Source: Torpedo marmorata
Lineage: Eukaryota
Direction: 5' to 3'
Assembly: GCA_977017645.1 (NCBI GenBank)
Contig: OZ360221.1
Span: forward strand, 112,654,001-112,718,000
Length of the DNA stretch: 64,000 nt
Shown here piece by piece: positions 37,654-48,974 of this stretch (positions are counted from its first letter, which is position 1; each line of letters starts with the position of its first letter). The position numbers were made by a program, and so were the translations under genes. The notes below the pieces were generated by a model that was not told the DNA's origin, made no database searches, and saw nothing but the letters and a program-made list of their open reading frames with translations.

Positions 37654-39322
37654 ACCACCTCACTAAAGCTCCTGTCTATGATGCTCTCAGCATCTTGGAT
37701 ATTCCTGAGTAAGTTCAAATGCATCTTCAGCTGCTTCCTGCAGGTAAAGGGTTCATGTTCTGCAAGAGAAGATGACAACTGCTCTGACTGCCACCTCTAA
37801 AACCACTATGATTACAGAAGAAAGTATAAGAACATGCTCTATATTCCCACTATGCAGACTCCACTTTGAACCTTCTCCAAAATTCAGCACATGCACAATA
37901 AACACATCCACTCTCACAATGGCTGCTGCAAAATAATTGGTCTGCTATATACGTAAATTTATAAGGCAATATGGCTTTGCTTTGAAGCACATGTGGCAAG
38001 GTATCAAAACAATAACAGACCACAAGAGAACCTTGTGAGTTAATGACAATGACACCTCCCTTCCAGACGCACTGAACAACGTCTACATATGGTTTGACGA
38101 GAAGAACAGGCTGACACCAAAGAAAGCTCCTTCTCCCCTTGAAGAGCAGGCCGCTTGTATAGCTGGTGCTGAGCTGAGGAGGATCCTATCCAGGATGAAT
38201 CCATAAAAGGTAGTGGGACCAGACAATGTACCCAGCCGGGTACTGAAGAACTGTGCTGACCAACTGACAGCGGTCCTTACAGAGATCTTTAACACATCCT
38301 TGCAGCAGTCCATCGTCCCTGTATGTTTCAAGGCAGCCACCATCATCCCAGTACCAAGGAGGGTGACAGTAACAGGCCACAATGACTATCGCCCAGTGGC
38401 ACTAACCAGATTTCAGATTTCAGATTTATTGTCAGAGTACATATATGACATCACATACAACCCTGAGATTCTTTTTCCTGCGGGCAAGGCAGAATTACCA
38501 CTTATTCGTAGTGCAAAAAAACTGTACACAGCGTATACATGTAAACAAATAAAGAAATGTAAACAGATAACAAATGTAAACAAACTGACTGTGCAATATA
38601 GAGAGAATTTAAAAAATCAATAAAGTGCATAAGTAAAACTCCTTAAATGAGGCCCTGATTGAGTTTGTTGTTGAGGAGTCTGATGGTGGAGGGGTTGCAG
38701 CTGTTCCTGAACCTGGTGGTGCGAGTCTTATGGCACATATACAGGTACCTCTTTACTGATGGCAGCTGTGAGAACAGAGCGTGTGCTGGGTGGTGTGGAT
38801 CCTTGATGATTGCTGCTGTTCTCCGGCAGTGGCGTTCCCTGTAGATGTTCTCGACAGTGGAGAGGGTTTTGCCTGTGATGTCCTGGACTGTGTCCACTAC
38901 CTTTTAGAGAGCTTTACGCTCAGGGGTATTGGTGTCCCCATACCAGACCATGATGCAACCGGTCAGCACACTTTCCACCACACATCTGTAGAAATTTGCC
39001 ATGGTTTCTGATGTTATACCAAACCTCCGCAAACTCCTGAGGAAGTAGAGGCACTGATGTGCTTTCTTCACGATGCCGTTAGTGTGTTGGGTCCAGGAAA
39101 GATCCTCCGAGATAGTGACTCCCAAGAACTTAAATTTGCTCACCCTCTCCACCTCTGATCCCCCAATGATCACTGGATTGTATACCTCTGGCTTTCCCTT
39201 CCTGAAGTCAACAATCAGCTCCTTAGTTTTGGTAACATTGAGTGCAAGGTTGTTGTTGGTGCACGATTTGGCCAAGTTTTCAATCTCCCTCCTTGTATGC
39301 TAACTCATCACCTTTCTTTATA

Positions 39323-39937
39323 CAGTACAGTACCCCATATCTGAAACGCTTGGGACCAGACGTTGTTCGGTTTTGGGTTTTTTTGGTTTTCAGAACAAAA
39401 CCGAAAAAACCCCAAAACACCACAGTAGCATCAGCAGAATACTTGTATCTGCTCATATGCGTAAGCAGAAATAATGTTTAATATGTACCAAAAAAATCTT
39501 GATCTCTGCTGCCCGTCCCCGACACCTCCCAACCGCCGCTGGTCCCCGACTACGGTCCCCGCTCCTGCCCGGGAGCCCGAGGTCCCCACTCCTGCCCAGG
39601 AGCCCGAAGTCCCCGCTCCTGCCCGGGAGCCGGAGGCGACTTCTTCGATGCGGACGGCACCGCACCCGATGTTGAGAATGAAGTCGCTGACTCCGGCTGC
39701 AGCCGATGCTGAAGACATGGACCCAGCTCCGTTTGGCATCTTCCCAGCCAGAAGCAAAGATTTCATTTTTTTTTACTGTTCTTGTAATCAAACCGATGCC
39801 AACAGAACGTCAGAGCCCCACATGGGCAAGTCAGGTGGTGAATTTTTTCAACTTGTGACGTCATGTCGGCGCTAAAAAAAAGTTCATTTTTTGGATCTTT
39901 TCGGTATTCAGAACTTCGGATACGGGGTACCCGACTG
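39323..39937. mobile_element. Tigger/pogo-like MITE
   Basis: Imperfect TIRs (cagtacagtaccccatatctgaa / ttcggatacggggtacccgactg) with TA TSD. Removing it restores the host RT frame VGCIKKGDE. Contains internal 27-bp GC-rich tandem repeats. Confidence 0.85.
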
Positions 39938-40309
39938 TACAACCCACTATCGTGGCATTGTCGGCAAATTTGTGGATGGTGTTATTGTCGTACCGAGCCG
40001 CACAGCAGTAGGTGTAAAGTGAGTAGAGCAGGGGGCTAAGAACACAGCCCTGTGGTGCTCCGGTACTGATGGAGATTGTGGAGGAAATGTTCTTACCAAT
40101 CCTCAATGATTGTGGTCTGGAGGTGAGGAAATCTGTGATCCAATTACAAAGTGGGCTGTTGTCCAAGATCTTGGAGTTTGCTGGTCAGTTTTGAGGGAAT
40201 GATGGTGTTAAATTCTGAACTGTAGTCCATAAAGAACATCCTGATGAATGTATCTTTACTGTCCAGGTGTTCCAGGGCTTTGTGTAGAGCCAGTGAGATG
40301 GCATCCACC

Positions 40310-40556
40310 TGTGGTAAACCACTTTATATGTATTGTGCCCTGAGGCAGGTATGACATGACCTGTCTGTCTGTCCCAGTGACCCCTCCCCTTTTACCTGGA
40401 ATAAAGGCCTTGAGCCCGCAACTCCTCCCCCAGTTCCGGGACAATCCAGCAGGGATCATCAGGTCAGGTCATAGTCAGCCCTGGTTTGATTCTGCTAATA
40501 AAAGCCTGTTAATTCCTGCACTTCTCGACTCGTGTTGGTTATTGATAGGTACGTCA
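40310..40556 (+). mobile_element. Solo LTR of the Gypsy family at 32918-37653
   Basis: TG...CA, same LTR sequence, 5-bp TSD CCACC. Confidence 0.95.
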
Positions 40557-43119
40557 CCACCGTAGATGTGTTGCTACGATAGGCGAACTGAAACGTATTC
40601 ATGTCACCGCTCAGGCAGGAGCTGATATGCTTCAACACCAGCCTTTCAAAACACTTCATCACTGTTAATGTAAGTGCTACTGGTCGATAGTCATTAAGGC
40701 AGGTTACTACACTCTTCTTGGGCACCAGTATGATTGATGCCTGTTTGAAACAGGTGGGTGCCACGCCCTGCTGGAGTGAGATATTGAAGATATCCGTGAA
40801 TACATTGGTAAGTTGGTCAGCACAGATTTTTAATGCTTGGCCAGGTATTCCGTCCGGGCCGGATGCTTTCCTCGGATTCACTCTCCTGAAGGCAGCAAAC
40901 ACGTCCTCCTCAGATACAGACAGGATGGGATCATCAGGGGACGTGCAGATGCGGAGGGGTTACTTCGCAGTTACTGTCGTCAAATCGGGTGTAGAAAGCA
41001 TTGACTTCCTCTGGGAGCGAAGCTTTGCCATCTGCTACTTCACCGGATTTGGTTTTGTAGCAGGTTATGTAATTTAGGCCCTGCCACAGCTGTCCGGTGT
41101 CCCTTGGTGTTTCCATTTTCATCCGGAATCTCCACTTCACCTGGGAGATAGCTATTTGCAGGTCATACCTGCTCCTTCTGTACTGATCTGGATCTCCGGA
41201 CTTAAATGCCTGTGATCTAGCTCTCAGCAGGTTATGGATTTCATTGTTCATCCAGGGCTCTGGTTGGGGAAAACCCTGAATGATTTGGCGGGGACACACT
41301 CATCCACAGCTGTTTTTATAAAGTCTGTGACAGCCCTGGTGGCATCGTTCAGATTTTCAGCTGAGTCCTTGAACACCGCCCAATCTGCTGACTCGAGGAA
41401 GTTCTGTAACCATTCTTCAGCCTCCTGTGACCACCTTCTAGCTGTCCTGATCTCTGGAGCCTCTCTTTTTAGGCTCTATCTGTATGAAGGCAGAAGGACC
41501 ACAGCCAGGTGATCCGACTTGCCAAAGTGTGGTCTCGGGAAAGAACGGTAGGCCTTCCTTATCTTGGTGTAGCAGTGATCGAGTGTGCTGGGTCCTCTGG
41601 TACAGCAGGTTACATGCTGGTGATAGTTGGGTAGGGTTTTCTTGACACAGGCCTGGTTAAAGTCGTCGACTAAGATTTGTAGTACGTCGGGCCTGGCCGT
41701 CTCTTGTTTACTAACCACATCATGCAGCTCCGCAAGTGCCTGTTTGTAATCGGCATCGGGAGGGATATAAACTCCGGTAAGAATCACTGATGGGAACTCT
41801 CGGGGTAGATAGAAGGGTCTGCATTTAATTGAGATTTTCTCTAAGGCAGTAGAGCAGGAGGTCGACATAACTCCAATGTCCGTGTACCACCCAGTATTAA
41901 CGAAAAAGCACACACTGCCCCCTCTTCCTTTTCCAGAATCTGAGTTCAGATCCAGTCTATGAATGATGAAACCGTCTGGTCAGAACCTGCACCATTATGA
42001 AATGCTTTGAGCTTCTGGTAACGGAACATGTCAAAGCACACCTCCCAGAGACATTGGACCCATTTCAATTCACCTACAGACAGAAGCATTCACTGATGAT
42101 GCTATAGCCTTGTCCCTCCCTCCGTCCTGACCCACCTGGAGAAAGACACCTCAGATGCCAGTCTGCTGTTCATTGACTTCAGCTCGGCGTTTAATACAAT
42201 AATACCCGAGAGGCTGGAGGAGAAGCTGTCCTTGCTAGGACTCAACACACCTCTTTGTAACTGGATTCTGCACTTCCTAATGGAAAGACAGCAGTCTGCC
42301 TGGGTTGGCAGTAGAACGTTCAGCACCATTACGCTGAGCACTGGCAAATCTCACTGCTCAGTCCGCTCCTGTGCATGCAACTGACCCACGTCTGCAAAGG
42401 CAGATACATTTCCAACAGAGTCATCAACTTTTCTGATGGCACAACAGTAGTTGGCCTCATCAGCAACAACGATGAACTCATGAACTGGTGCGAGAATAAT
42501 TACCTGCGTCTCAAAGTGGATAGGACAAAGGAGATGATTGTGGACTTCAGGAGGACCAGGAACACCCACCCTCCACTACACATTAATAGCTCGGTAGTGG
42601 AGAGAGTGGAGACCACCAAGTTCCTTGGAGCCCACTTAAGAAGTGACCTATCCTGGACTCAAAACATCTCCTCAGTTGTCAGGAAGGCCCAACAGTAACT
42701 GCGCTTCCTTAGAAGGGTGAGGCGGGCAAGGCCTCCAGCCACCATTCTGTTCTACAGGAACTCTATCGAGAGCGTCCTGGCCGGCTGTATCACAGTGTAG
42801 TACAGTTGCTGTAGAGCTTCAGATCGGAGGTCAATCCACAGGACCATAATCACTGGGGTCACCATCCCGCCCCCCACCTCCCCCCCCAATCCCCCCTCCC
42901 CCCATCAATGGGATTTACCGGCATCATTGTTGTGTGGGAAGGGAAAGGTTCAGTGGGTTCAAAGAATAGTGGGTCTGGACACAGGCTGAATGCAGAAACA
43001 ATATTTATTGTAACACACATAAGTAAGGGGATCGCAACATGGACAACATACGCAAGTATTCTCAATCACACAACACAGTGCAACCAGTCACATCGCACTT
43101 ACTTCCGATACACACACGA

Positions 43120-43306
43120 CTGGTCAGTACTTGGAGAGGAGACCGCCTAGGAACACCAGGTGCTGTAGGTTTCTGTGAGGGGCGCTGGACAAAGTAGCGA
43201 CTCTCTGTCTGCCTTACAGTAGACAAAAATTAAAGAATTTCATGTATGTTACATTCTAAATGTAATATTATGTGACAATAATGGAACCTTTACCTTTACC
43301 TTTACC
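43120..43306 (+). mobile_element. 5'-truncated 5S-rRNA-derived SINE (SINE3-like)
   Basis: ctggtcagtacttggagaggagaccgcctaggaacaccaggtgctgtaggttt matches the 3' ~50 nt of vertebrate 5S rRNA; followed by a LINE-like tail and (tttacc)n. Confidence 0.82.
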
Positions 43307-43482
43307 AGTAACAGTTTACACTCTTACAAGCACAGTACAATCTGGTCACATCAGACTTAATACTATGGATACTAGCAACTGTTTATACAGGCTTATCACA
43401 ACTAAGGATTACAACGCGCTACCCGCCGTTCCTTGTCTAACGTGGGCACAGCTCAGATGCTATCTACAACTACAACAGTATA

Positions 43483-43856
43483 CAGGTGGTCCCCGACATA
43501 CGTCCGAGTTCCGTTCTGACCAATAGGTTGGATCTCGAAATGGACGTTAGTCGGACATATGTTACTCCGGGCCTGTGCTCACCTCCCCCACCTCGGACAC
43601 CGGGTCTGCCACCGCCTTCGTGTCCCGAAAATAAAACACATTCGGCGGCAGCGGTGTCTCAGCGCCCTCCCGGCCCGTGGCCGCTGCCATGTTGGTCCGT
43701 CAAAATAAACAGCCCCTGGATCCCCGGGACCTGACGCGTAATTTTTATATTTACATCTATTTTTTTCTTTATTTTTTAAAATTTATACAGTATTATTTTT
43801 CGGTCGTATGTATGGATGGTCATAAGTCGCCTAGGTCGTAATTAGGTGACCACCTG
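43483..43856. mobile_element. Tigger/pogo-like MITE
   Basis: TIRs CAGGTGGTC.CC / GGTGACCACCTG with TA TSD at 43481-43482 and 43857-43858. Confidence 0.85.
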
Positions 43857-44309
43857 TACAACAGCCCCGATCCCTCTGTAGTGCACATCTTACAAACGAC
43901 TCCTCCAGCATTCTCCACAGCAGGGTTCATCTCAGAGCTGAAGAGCAAAAGAGGAAGAGTTACTGCACATGGTGGAATTTGTAGTGCAGTAAGCTGGAGG
44001 GTCCGGCCCAGGTAATCACCAGGTGATTAAAGGGGCTAATGGTCAGGTGTGCACTAATGGGTGGGCAGAGTCCAACCTTGATTGGCAGGTGATGCGACCT
44101 CTGACTAGGTTCCAGGCGGAGAGATCACGTGACCCTCCACAATCCACACTCCCACCAGGTTCCAGACATAGAGGTCACATGACCATCCACAATCCACACT
44201 ACATTCAACCCCTCCAAAGTCACACCACTCGCCAATCATTAAAAAAACAAGTAAAAACATTATTACAAAAAATAAATGAATACATTGTTACATAAGGTAA
44301 ATACATTGT

Positions 44310-45288
44310 TACAGTACAAGTGCCTGGTGAATAAACAGATAGACACAACAGAAGAGTGAAGGTATTGTTTCAGAAAATGACAACCGCTTACCAACTCCCC
44401 ACAGACCAAAAGGGCCCTTGTTCTCCCCATGGAGTGTCGTGCTGCAGGATCTGGCCTTCTATCTGTTTGTTTTTTTTGTCAGTCACTGACTCTCATATGT
44501 GGTCTTGCTGATTTGCCAGGGACGTTTGTGCACCACGTCTCACTGACAACAGCACCGGTACCACCTTCGTCTGTGAGCAGGTAGTGCAAGGTCATTCGGC
44601 TTTCCCTTCATCCAAAGTACCACAGCCCTTTCTTTGGCCAGCATTTTCACTGTGGCTATTCATCCAGGTGCTCCCCCATTGTTTGGAGGCACACATCCCA
44701 GATGGCTGCCGCTGTGCTGTCCCGTGGGAAGCCAGGGGTCGGCCCGGCAGACACGCATCCAGGGCATAATGATATTCTTGTAGGAGTACCCCCGTTAGCT
44801 GGGCTGTGGACTGTCAACCACCTCGTGCCAGGATGGCGTTCCTGGTCACATTCCCACTGTTCGCTTGGACCACATTGCCAAGGCGTGCTCCCTTTGTGCA
44901 CCCACTGGGAGAGTCAGGATTGTTTGTGTGCCGAATTGTATGGAGGGGAAAAATAAACCAGTTCCTGACGCACCCACCCCATCAAGGATTATTGGAAGTG
45001 AGGTGGTTAAGTGGTGAGGGGAGTCGAAGAACACCGTCATTACCGAAACATTTTGATTGAAGAGTCCATACAAGCAGCGCCTGTAGCTGTCGTCAAGTGG
45101 GGTCGGCATAGGTGGAAATCCTCAGCTGCGTGTGCCGGTGCAGTAATGCAGGTGCCGCAGTCTGGTGAGGTGGTGCTTCGTGCATATTCGTAGGCTTCCA
45201 CAGTGCCGATCAGCGTAGGCTGGAAGAGGAGCAGCTTGAAGGGTAGGCTTCTTCTGTTGGGTGGGGGGTTCTGGGAGAACTCACTCAC
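44310..45288 (-). pseudogene. Decayed, internally deleted gamma-type env
   Basis: Hydrophobic leader LPFKLLLFQPTLIGTVEA; CXXC (DCGTC, 45148-45159); ISD/CX6CC-like ESRMTLHYLLTDEGGTGAVVSETWCTNVP (44518-44604); terminal hydrophobic stretch. Confidence 0.7.
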
Positions 45289-46835
45289 TTCTGGTGAGTT
45301 GGTTAGTGTGGCAACATGAAAGGTTCGATTCGCCCGGTATCACGACCCATCGCGTTTCGCCTGGACCAAGCGCAATGATCTTTTTTTCAGCGGACCCTGT
45401 GGCTGCTGCATCCACACTCTATCAGACTCCTCGGGGTCTTGCATGTCGATTTCATCAGTTTTGGGAGCATCGGAGGATGCCAGGTGGCGTAAGAGTGGGG
45501 AACTCCCCTGCCCAATCTAACTGGTCTACTGCCTGCTGGAGCACACGAAGCCACCCCTGCAATGTATGTTCAGGCGTCAGTGTGTGAATTTTCTTTTTAA
45601 GTAGACTATTTCTACGTTCTATTAAGTAAGTTGCCTGTGGGTGGTCGGGGATGTGCAGCAGCCATGAGATACCATCCTCCACTGCTCAATTCTGTATTTT
45701 AGTCCCCATGAAGTGAGTTCCTTGGTCAGACTGTACGGTACTCCATAAATGGAAGAGAGGTATTGTAGCCCTTTAATGGTACTGTCCTGGTCGGCCCTCT
45801 GGCAGGGCACCACCACCAGAACACCCGAGTTTGTGTCGACCATTGTGAGCATGTATTGCTTTTTATTTTGGCATGGGAGCGGCCCAACGTAGTTGACCTG
45901 CCATACCTGGCCTGCTCCCGTGCCATGGCAAATGTGACCCGGTGGACGTGATGGCCAGCCCCGTGGTTTGGCCTGCTGGCAGGTGGAGCAATTGTCCACC
46001 GTGGTTCTAGCCTTGTCATGCATAAGTGCCACCACTACACCCTCTGCCCACCGTTGCGTGCCGTGGGAACCCAGATGCCAGCTCTTGAGGTACGCCCATG
46101 TTGCCAGTGCACTGACGTCAGTGTGATCGGGGTGCAGGGTGGCTGAGCACATTTGTGCTGCGCAGTCCATGGCAGCACTGTGCACAGCCTCCGCCGTATC
46201 TCCGTTGGTGTGCGCGTCCACATGGTGGACCATTGGCACTCTCTGCCCAGCCTGCTCCCAGATAAACCACCAGTGCTGCTGACCCCAGAGCGGGCGACTC
46301 TGAATCTTCCAGCCCGTGTCGTGCCACCGGGCCATCATACAGCCATGCCGTTGGCCACTGCCCAGGAGACAGTGTAAATACGGATAGGGTCTGTGGTTTC
46401 TTGGAGGGTGAGTGCTACTGCGGCCAGCTCAGCCAGCTGACTGGATCCTCCCATCCCCTCTTGTGTAAGTGTCTTACCCAGGCTACGGGGGAGGGGTGTA
46501 CTTGCAGGGACCTGTGGAGGGGGAGCGTCACTTTCGGGGAGGGACACGACCTGCTCGTGCAGTCAGCTCACCCCCTCAGAGCTGGCTTTGGCGCGGTCCA
46601 CGATGTACCACTTCCACTTTCCTATGGAGGACCTCTGGGCATGTCCCTCCTTGTGGGCAGCATCGGCGGACTTGACCCTGGCATGATGGGGAGGTGAGGT
46701 CGGAGTGTGATGGTCTCGGTAGCTGTTTGGTGCTCGGTGGCGAGGAGCACTAGGTAGCATACTAGCAGCTGATGCTCGAATGGGCTGTAGCAGGACGCGG
46801 CCTCAGGAAAGGTCTTGGTCCAGAAGATGTTTCCT

Positions 46836-47019
46836 NNNNNNNNNNNNNNNNNNNNNNNNNNNNNNNNNNNNNNNNNNNNNNNNNNNNNNNNNNNNNNNNN
46901 NNNNNNNNNNNNNNNNNNNNNNNNNNNNNNNNNNNNNNNNNNNNNNNNNNNNNNNNNNNNNNNNNNNNNNNNNNNNNNNNNNNNNNNNNNNNNNNNNNNN
47001 NNNNNNNNNNNNNNNNNNN
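46836..47019. other. Assembly gap (184 N)
   Basis: Run of N. Confidence 1.
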
Positions 47020-47029
47020 AGAGTCTATT

Positions 47030-47760
47030 TAAAAATTAAAAACATTACTTATATAGAAACATATATTCCTCATAGAGCTATGGCACAGAAAAGAAGTGAT
47101 GTATTCCCTGTCCCTGAGTTATCCCACTACAATTTTCTTCTCCCTAGTATATACAAGTGAGGATTCCTTTCAGACCTCCTCTACATCCTCTGACTCCACT
47201 CACAAATTGCCATTTTTATGCCAAGAGGTCCTTATTCTTTTTCTGGTTACCCACTTGTCCTAATACAATTCATAAAATTATTCTCCCATTTACTTCACAC
47301 CTGCTCTTTGCCCTCCCAATTTCTTTTTAAGTACCTTTCAACATTATATATACACTTCCATTTCCTTTCCATTTCACTTTTAAGTAACTCCCACTTGACT
47401 GCAAATACTTGCTCCTAGTCGACTTTTGCCTGTACCTGTTTTATTGTATTGAATCAGCCTTTGCCCAATTCAGGACCTTTATTTCATGTTCATCTTTATC
47501 AAAGCCCAATCTACCTTGAAACTTATGGTTATGGTTTATTATCTACAAAATGCACTCCCACTGACCCTGCAGCCACTTGCCTGACGATGTTACATTGACT
47601 CTGATACTAGTTCTGATCTGGAAAATGTACCTTCGTACTGGCTCAAAATGCACATCTGGATGAACCTTAAAAATTCCATCCCTCTAAGCCTTTCACACAG
47701 GAAAATCCCAGTTAATATTGGAGAAGCTTAAATGCCCAACCACTATAATATGATTATTCT
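47030..47760 (-). mobile_element. Old CR1 endonuclease-region fragment
   Basis: Degenerate similarity to the CR1 remnant at ~31290-31450 (ccagttaatattggagaagcttaaatgccc); no long ORF. Confidence 0.45.
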
Positions 47761-47764
47761 TTAT

Positions 47765-48781
47765 TATCCTTGACTTTCTCATCGGAAGACCACAGTCAGT
47801 ACAAATTGGAAACAACGTCTCCTCCTCACTGATTATCAACACAGGCGCACCCCAAGGATGTGTGCTTAGTCCACTACTCTACTCGTTATACACCCATCAC
47901 TGTGTGGCCAGGCACAATTCCAATGCCATCTACAAGTTTGCCGATGTCACCACAGTTGTCGGCAGAATCACAAACAGCAATGAGGAAGCGTACAGGAGGG
48001 AGATAGATCAGCTCGTTGAATGGTGTAACGACAACAACCTTGAGCTCAATGTCAGCAAAACCAAGGAGATGATTGTGAACTTCAGGAGGAAGTCAGGGGA
48101 ACACAACCGAGTCCTCATCGAGAACTCAGTAGTGGAGAGGGTCAAGAACTTCAAATTCCTGGGTGTCAACTCTCCGAGGATCTGTCCTGGAGCATCCACG
48201 TTGATGCAATCACAAAGAAGGCTCGTCAGCGGCTATACTTTGTGAGATGTCTGCGGAGATTCGGTATGTCACCGAAGACTCTCGTAAACTTCTACAGGTG
48301 TACCGTGGAGAGCATTCTGGCTGGTTGCATCACTGCTTGGTATGGAAGCGCCAACTCTCAGGACAAGAGTAAACTCCAGAGGGTTGTTAACTCAGCCTGT
48401 GACATCACAGGCACCAAACTTCACTCCATCGAGGATATCTACATGAGGCGGTGTCTTAAAAAGCAGCCTCTATCCTCAAAGACCCCCACCACCCAGGCCA
48501 TGCCCTCTTCACTCTGCTTCCATCGGGAAAAAGGTACAGGAGCCTAAAGACAAGCACTCAACGGCACAAGGACAGCTTCTTCCCCGCTGCCATCAGATTC
48601 CTGAATAATCAATGAACCAAAGACACTGCCTTACTTTTCGTGCACTATTATTTATAATTTTTATAGTAATGTCGTAAGATGGTTAATATGAATGTTAATT
48701 GCACTATGATGCTGCCGCAAAACACCGAATTTCATGACTTGTTCATGACAATAAATTCTGATTCTGATTCTGATTCTGATT
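47765..48781 (+). mobile_element. Rex1/Babar LINE, 3' fragment
   Basis: [44 protein letters not shown]; tail tgacaataaa(ttctga)n. Confidence 0.9.
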
Positions 48782-48974
48782 CACTTCACTATGATTTGCC
48801 TACCTATCTACTCATACCACAAATGTGCTCATGAGGATCACGCATCAAACTGAAGATAAATCGGCAGCCATAGTGCTTATTTGAGTATTTCATTGTTTTT
48901 TAAACTTGATGGTGGTTGTGATAAGCTAAAATAGTTAGTTCTGGGAAAGAGAACACATTGTTATTTGAGGTCTC

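Larger units (their letters stand above)
38408..41983 (-). mobile_element. Rex1/Babar LINE (part of endonuclease plus RT) carrying a MITE and a solo LTR
   Basis: [57 protein letters not shown]; (gatttca)n tail at 38408; possible AACC duplication at the ends. Confidence 0.9.
38020..42927 (+). mobile_element. Degraded Rex1/Babar LINE split by an antisense Rex1 insertion (38408-41983) and ending at the ERV LTR
   Basis: GPDNVPSRVLKNCADQL...NDYRPVALT stops at 38407 and resumes at ~41984 (acc att atg aaa tgc ttt gag = TIMKCFE), then [12 protein letters not shown]...RKAQQ. Confidence 0.82.
42928..44203 (-). repeat. 3' LTR of the ERV (contains a SINE and a MITE)
   Basis: On the minus strand begins TGTAGTG directly after the PPT and ends CACAACA; AATAAA ~75 nt before the end; ~50-bp tandem duplication at the U3 start. 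The second LTR is not visible for confirmation. Confidence 0.7.
42928..46835 (-). mobile_element. Endogenous retrovirus, class III (ERV-L/HERV-S-like) pol with env remnant and 3' LTR; 5' part lost in assembly gap
   Basis: Tether FWTKTFPEAASCYSPFEHQLLVCY...HAQRSSIGKWKWYIVDRA; RNase H SSQLAELAAV...IYTVSWAVANG...VHHVDAH; integrase WQVNYVGPLP...HIPDHPQATYLIERRNSLLK; PPT ggaggggttgaa before the LTR. Confidence 0.85.

Noticed and set aside
39550-39635. Short direct repeats as a CRISPR-like array
   Set aside because: Head-to-tail 27-bp minisatellite without unique spacers, inside a MITE in eukaryotic DNA.
43120-43172. 5S rRNA gene
   Set aside because: Only the 3' part is present, diverged and fused to a retroposon tail.
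45284-45620. dUTPase after integrase as in mammalian ERV-L
   Set aside because: No dUTPase motifs recognised; the region reads as an integrase C-terminus leading into env.
46772-47160. ORFs spanning the N run
   Set aside because: Artefacts of the assembly gap.
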